From Octopus sinensis (lineage: Eukaryota): 64,000 nucleotides of DNA. How positions within the stretch are numbered: position 1 is the stretch's first letter; each line of letters opens with the position of its first letter. Below the pieces are notes generated by a model, which had not been told where the DNA came from, did no database searches, and was given only the letters and a program-made list of their open reading frames with translations. Made by a program: the position numbers and the translations under genes. This document shows positions 63,761-64,000 of the stretch, in pieces. Location of the stretch: positions 3,286,001-3,350,000 of the forward strand of contig NC_043020.1 of assembly GCF_006345805.1 (NCBI RefSeq). The letters run 5' to 3'.

Positions 63761-64000
63761 ATAATAATAATGTTCATCCGTTGTGGACGATGACCAGAGA
63801 CATGACATGGGAGAAGAAGGCGGGACACATTACGTCTGGTTGTGGCTGATCAGGTGGATGTAAGCTCAGAAGGGGTTCTGCTGCAGGTCAGGCATTGGTG
63901 GTCAGCTGGGAATTAAGGCAAAGACTTGGCCCTGGACCTGCACCGCTCATGGCTTCTTTGTGCTCCTGCAGTCCTGCACCACTGTTTCCATAGCTGCACC

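Overview
Eukaryotic, AT-rich, microsatellite- and repeat-dense genomic DNA; the repeat families suggest an octopus or related cephalopod (inference). The window holds the 3' part of one + strand gene, the ELKS/CAST (ERC1/ERC2-family) presynaptic active-zone scaffold. I traced 15 coding exons by GT-AG boundaries and phase continuity from 5545 to 63110; the 5' exons lie upstream of the window. An internal donor at 31514/31515 gives two C-termini. Read-through gives a short Ala-rich tail (stop at 31622). Splicing across 23 kb adds two exons, each with a FIP-type Rab-binding-like motif (stop at 63110). I found no canonical RIM-binding IWA-stop exon, but candidate microexons lie where it would be expected. 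Introns contain tRNA-derived SINEs, RTE LINE relics, mariner/maT/hAT transposase relics, piggyBac- and hAT-type MITEs, Helitron/Helentron-type elements, Penelope-type fragments with hammerhead-ribozyme-like motifs, a ~230-bp foldback and a ~490-bp tandem duplication. Most ORFs in the supplied track are microsatellite or repeat artefacts. All homology calls are from memory; no search was run.
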